Positions 63,678-64,000 of a stretch of DNA of 64,000 bases are shown in pieces. Made by a program: the position numbers and the translations under genes. Origin of the DNA: Patellaria atrata CBS 101060 (Eukaryota). The stretch lies in the NCBI GenBank assembly GCA_010093705.1, contig MU006106.1:523086-587085 (forward strand). Reading direction: 5' to 3'. Every line of letters begins with the position of its first letter. The first letter of the stretch is position 1. The notes below the pieces were generated by a model. The model saw only the letters and a program-made list of their open reading frames with translations, made no database searches and was not told where the DNA came from.

Positions 63678-63762
63678 GCCAAGGGGCGTTTTGGGGCCAC
63701 CTTTTGGCGTGATGGGGCCAAGTGGGCGTCCCTGGCGGTACCTTGCTTTGGCTCTCCTTGGC
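63678..63762. promoter_or_regulatory. Cluster of four PacC/Rim101-type GCCARG sites
   Basis: GCCAAG at 63678 and 63717 (+), CCTGGC at 63731 and CTTGGC at 63757 (-), followed by pyrimidine-rich leader-like sequence to the window edge. Confidence 0.55.
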
Positions 63763-64000
63763 CGATCTTTTTGGGTCATTCCCCTGTCTCGCTCGCTCTC
63801 CTGAAACTGAAACACCACGCTCGCTTCTTTTTTGGAGAGAGTGAACTGTCACTCCACTACCCCATATCCCACTGTGCTCCCACCGTCCCGATCGATGTTG
63901 TTGTTGACCTCGTCCGGTGCACACAGCAGTTGACAGGACCGAGAGGACGATAACGGGCAATTCCATTCTCCTTAGATCTTTGGACTACCCTCAACGAATT

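Noticed and set aside
63664..63966. 100 aa ORF on the - strand
   Set aside because: No domain; the sequence is better explained as the promoter/leader of a downstream + strand gene.

Overview
This is a eukaryotic window from a filamentous ascomycete (Pezizomycotina; the Dhh1 and Fks1 N-termini look Dothideomycete-like, which is inference only). Introns are short GT-AG introns, mostly 43-72 nt, so the ORF track fragments most genes; I rebuilt the exon structures by hand. Conserved genes: FKS1 glucan synthase (runs off the left edge) head-to-head with a GH72 glucanosyltransferase, a CE1 acetylxylan esterase, a type-B carboxylesterase, an FBXO21-like F-box protein, a CRAL-TRIO protein, POM152, a UCH37/BAP1-type deubiquitinase, a mitochondrial-type rhomboid, DHH1, a 2-oxoglutarate-dependent ethylene-forming enzyme (EFE) with a mitochondrial presequence, and a PAF-acetylhydrolase. 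Between them lie faster-turnover blocks: a ~6 kb membrane-domain/ankyrin/SPRY pseudogene, a C2H2 gene with TGA exactly at a finger cysteine, a small membrane protein whose frame is interrupted by two stops, orphan ORFs, and a ~10 kb stretch with no recognisable gene. The most notable non-genic signals are GC-rich islands with a C-to-G skew flip at convergent gene ends (they begin inside genes), and four PacC-type GCCARG sites in 85 bp at the right edge. I found no tRNA, rRNA, CRISPR array or intact transposon. I see no unambiguous new multi-gene system; the candidates below are ranked accordingly.
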